Source: the human T2T-CHM13v2.0 reference genome, Homo sapiens. From it: a stretch of 64,000 nucleotides of DNA. The stretch is taken from assembly GCF_009914755.1 (NCBI RefSeq), contig NC_060933.1. One strand, 5' to 3'. Below, one piece after another: positions 63,901-64,000 of the stretch. Within the stretch, counting starts at the first letter, position 1; the number at the start of each line of letters is the position of its first letter. The notes under the pieces were generated by a model. It worked only from the letters and a program-made list of their open reading frames with translations. It ran no database searches and was not told the DNA's origin. A program made the translations under genes and the position numbers.

Positions 63901-64000
63901 TATCCAACAGCACCTGTTTCAGGAGCAGGGGCAGAGCTGCCAGCTTCCCTGCTCGGTCTGCAAGCCTGGGTTTCCGTCCTCTATGCTCAGCTCCCTCGTT

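Overview
Human (primate) genomic DNA that I recognise as the VAV2 - BRD3OS (LINC00094) - BRD3 locus (9q34.2). Left: the start of VAV2 intron 1, VAV2 coding exon 1 (minus strand, 10879-11082) and its CpG-island promoter. Middle: about 33 kb of repeat-dense intergenic DNA, with two CCAT/CCAC-rich arrays, many Alus, DNA-transposon and L1 fragments, MaLR and ERV1 remnants, and a decayed ERVL pol/dUTPase segment. Inside that ERVL segment lies a 143-copy, indel-free, CpG-rich 24-bp VNTR (30608-34038). Right: a ~1-kb pyrimidine/purine tract abutting the BRD3OS CpG island, a predicted 3-exon BRD3OS transcript encoding an 84-aa microprotein (46684-46938), and the last five coding exons plus 3' UTR of BRD3 on the minus strand, convergent and probably overlapping with BRD3OS. 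Best leads: (1) the BRD3OS microprotein ends in a classical CaaX box (CTIM) on its only cysteine, predicting farnesylation, and sits behind stacked uORFs; (2) the VNTR unit appears to derive from the terminal codons of the ERVL ORF and gained CpGs as it expanded; (3) an L1-edge cryptic acceptor in BRD3 gives an ET-less 556-aa isoform ending RDHFLTCGV. Repeat subfamily names and exon numbers come from recognition of consensus sequences, not from a search.
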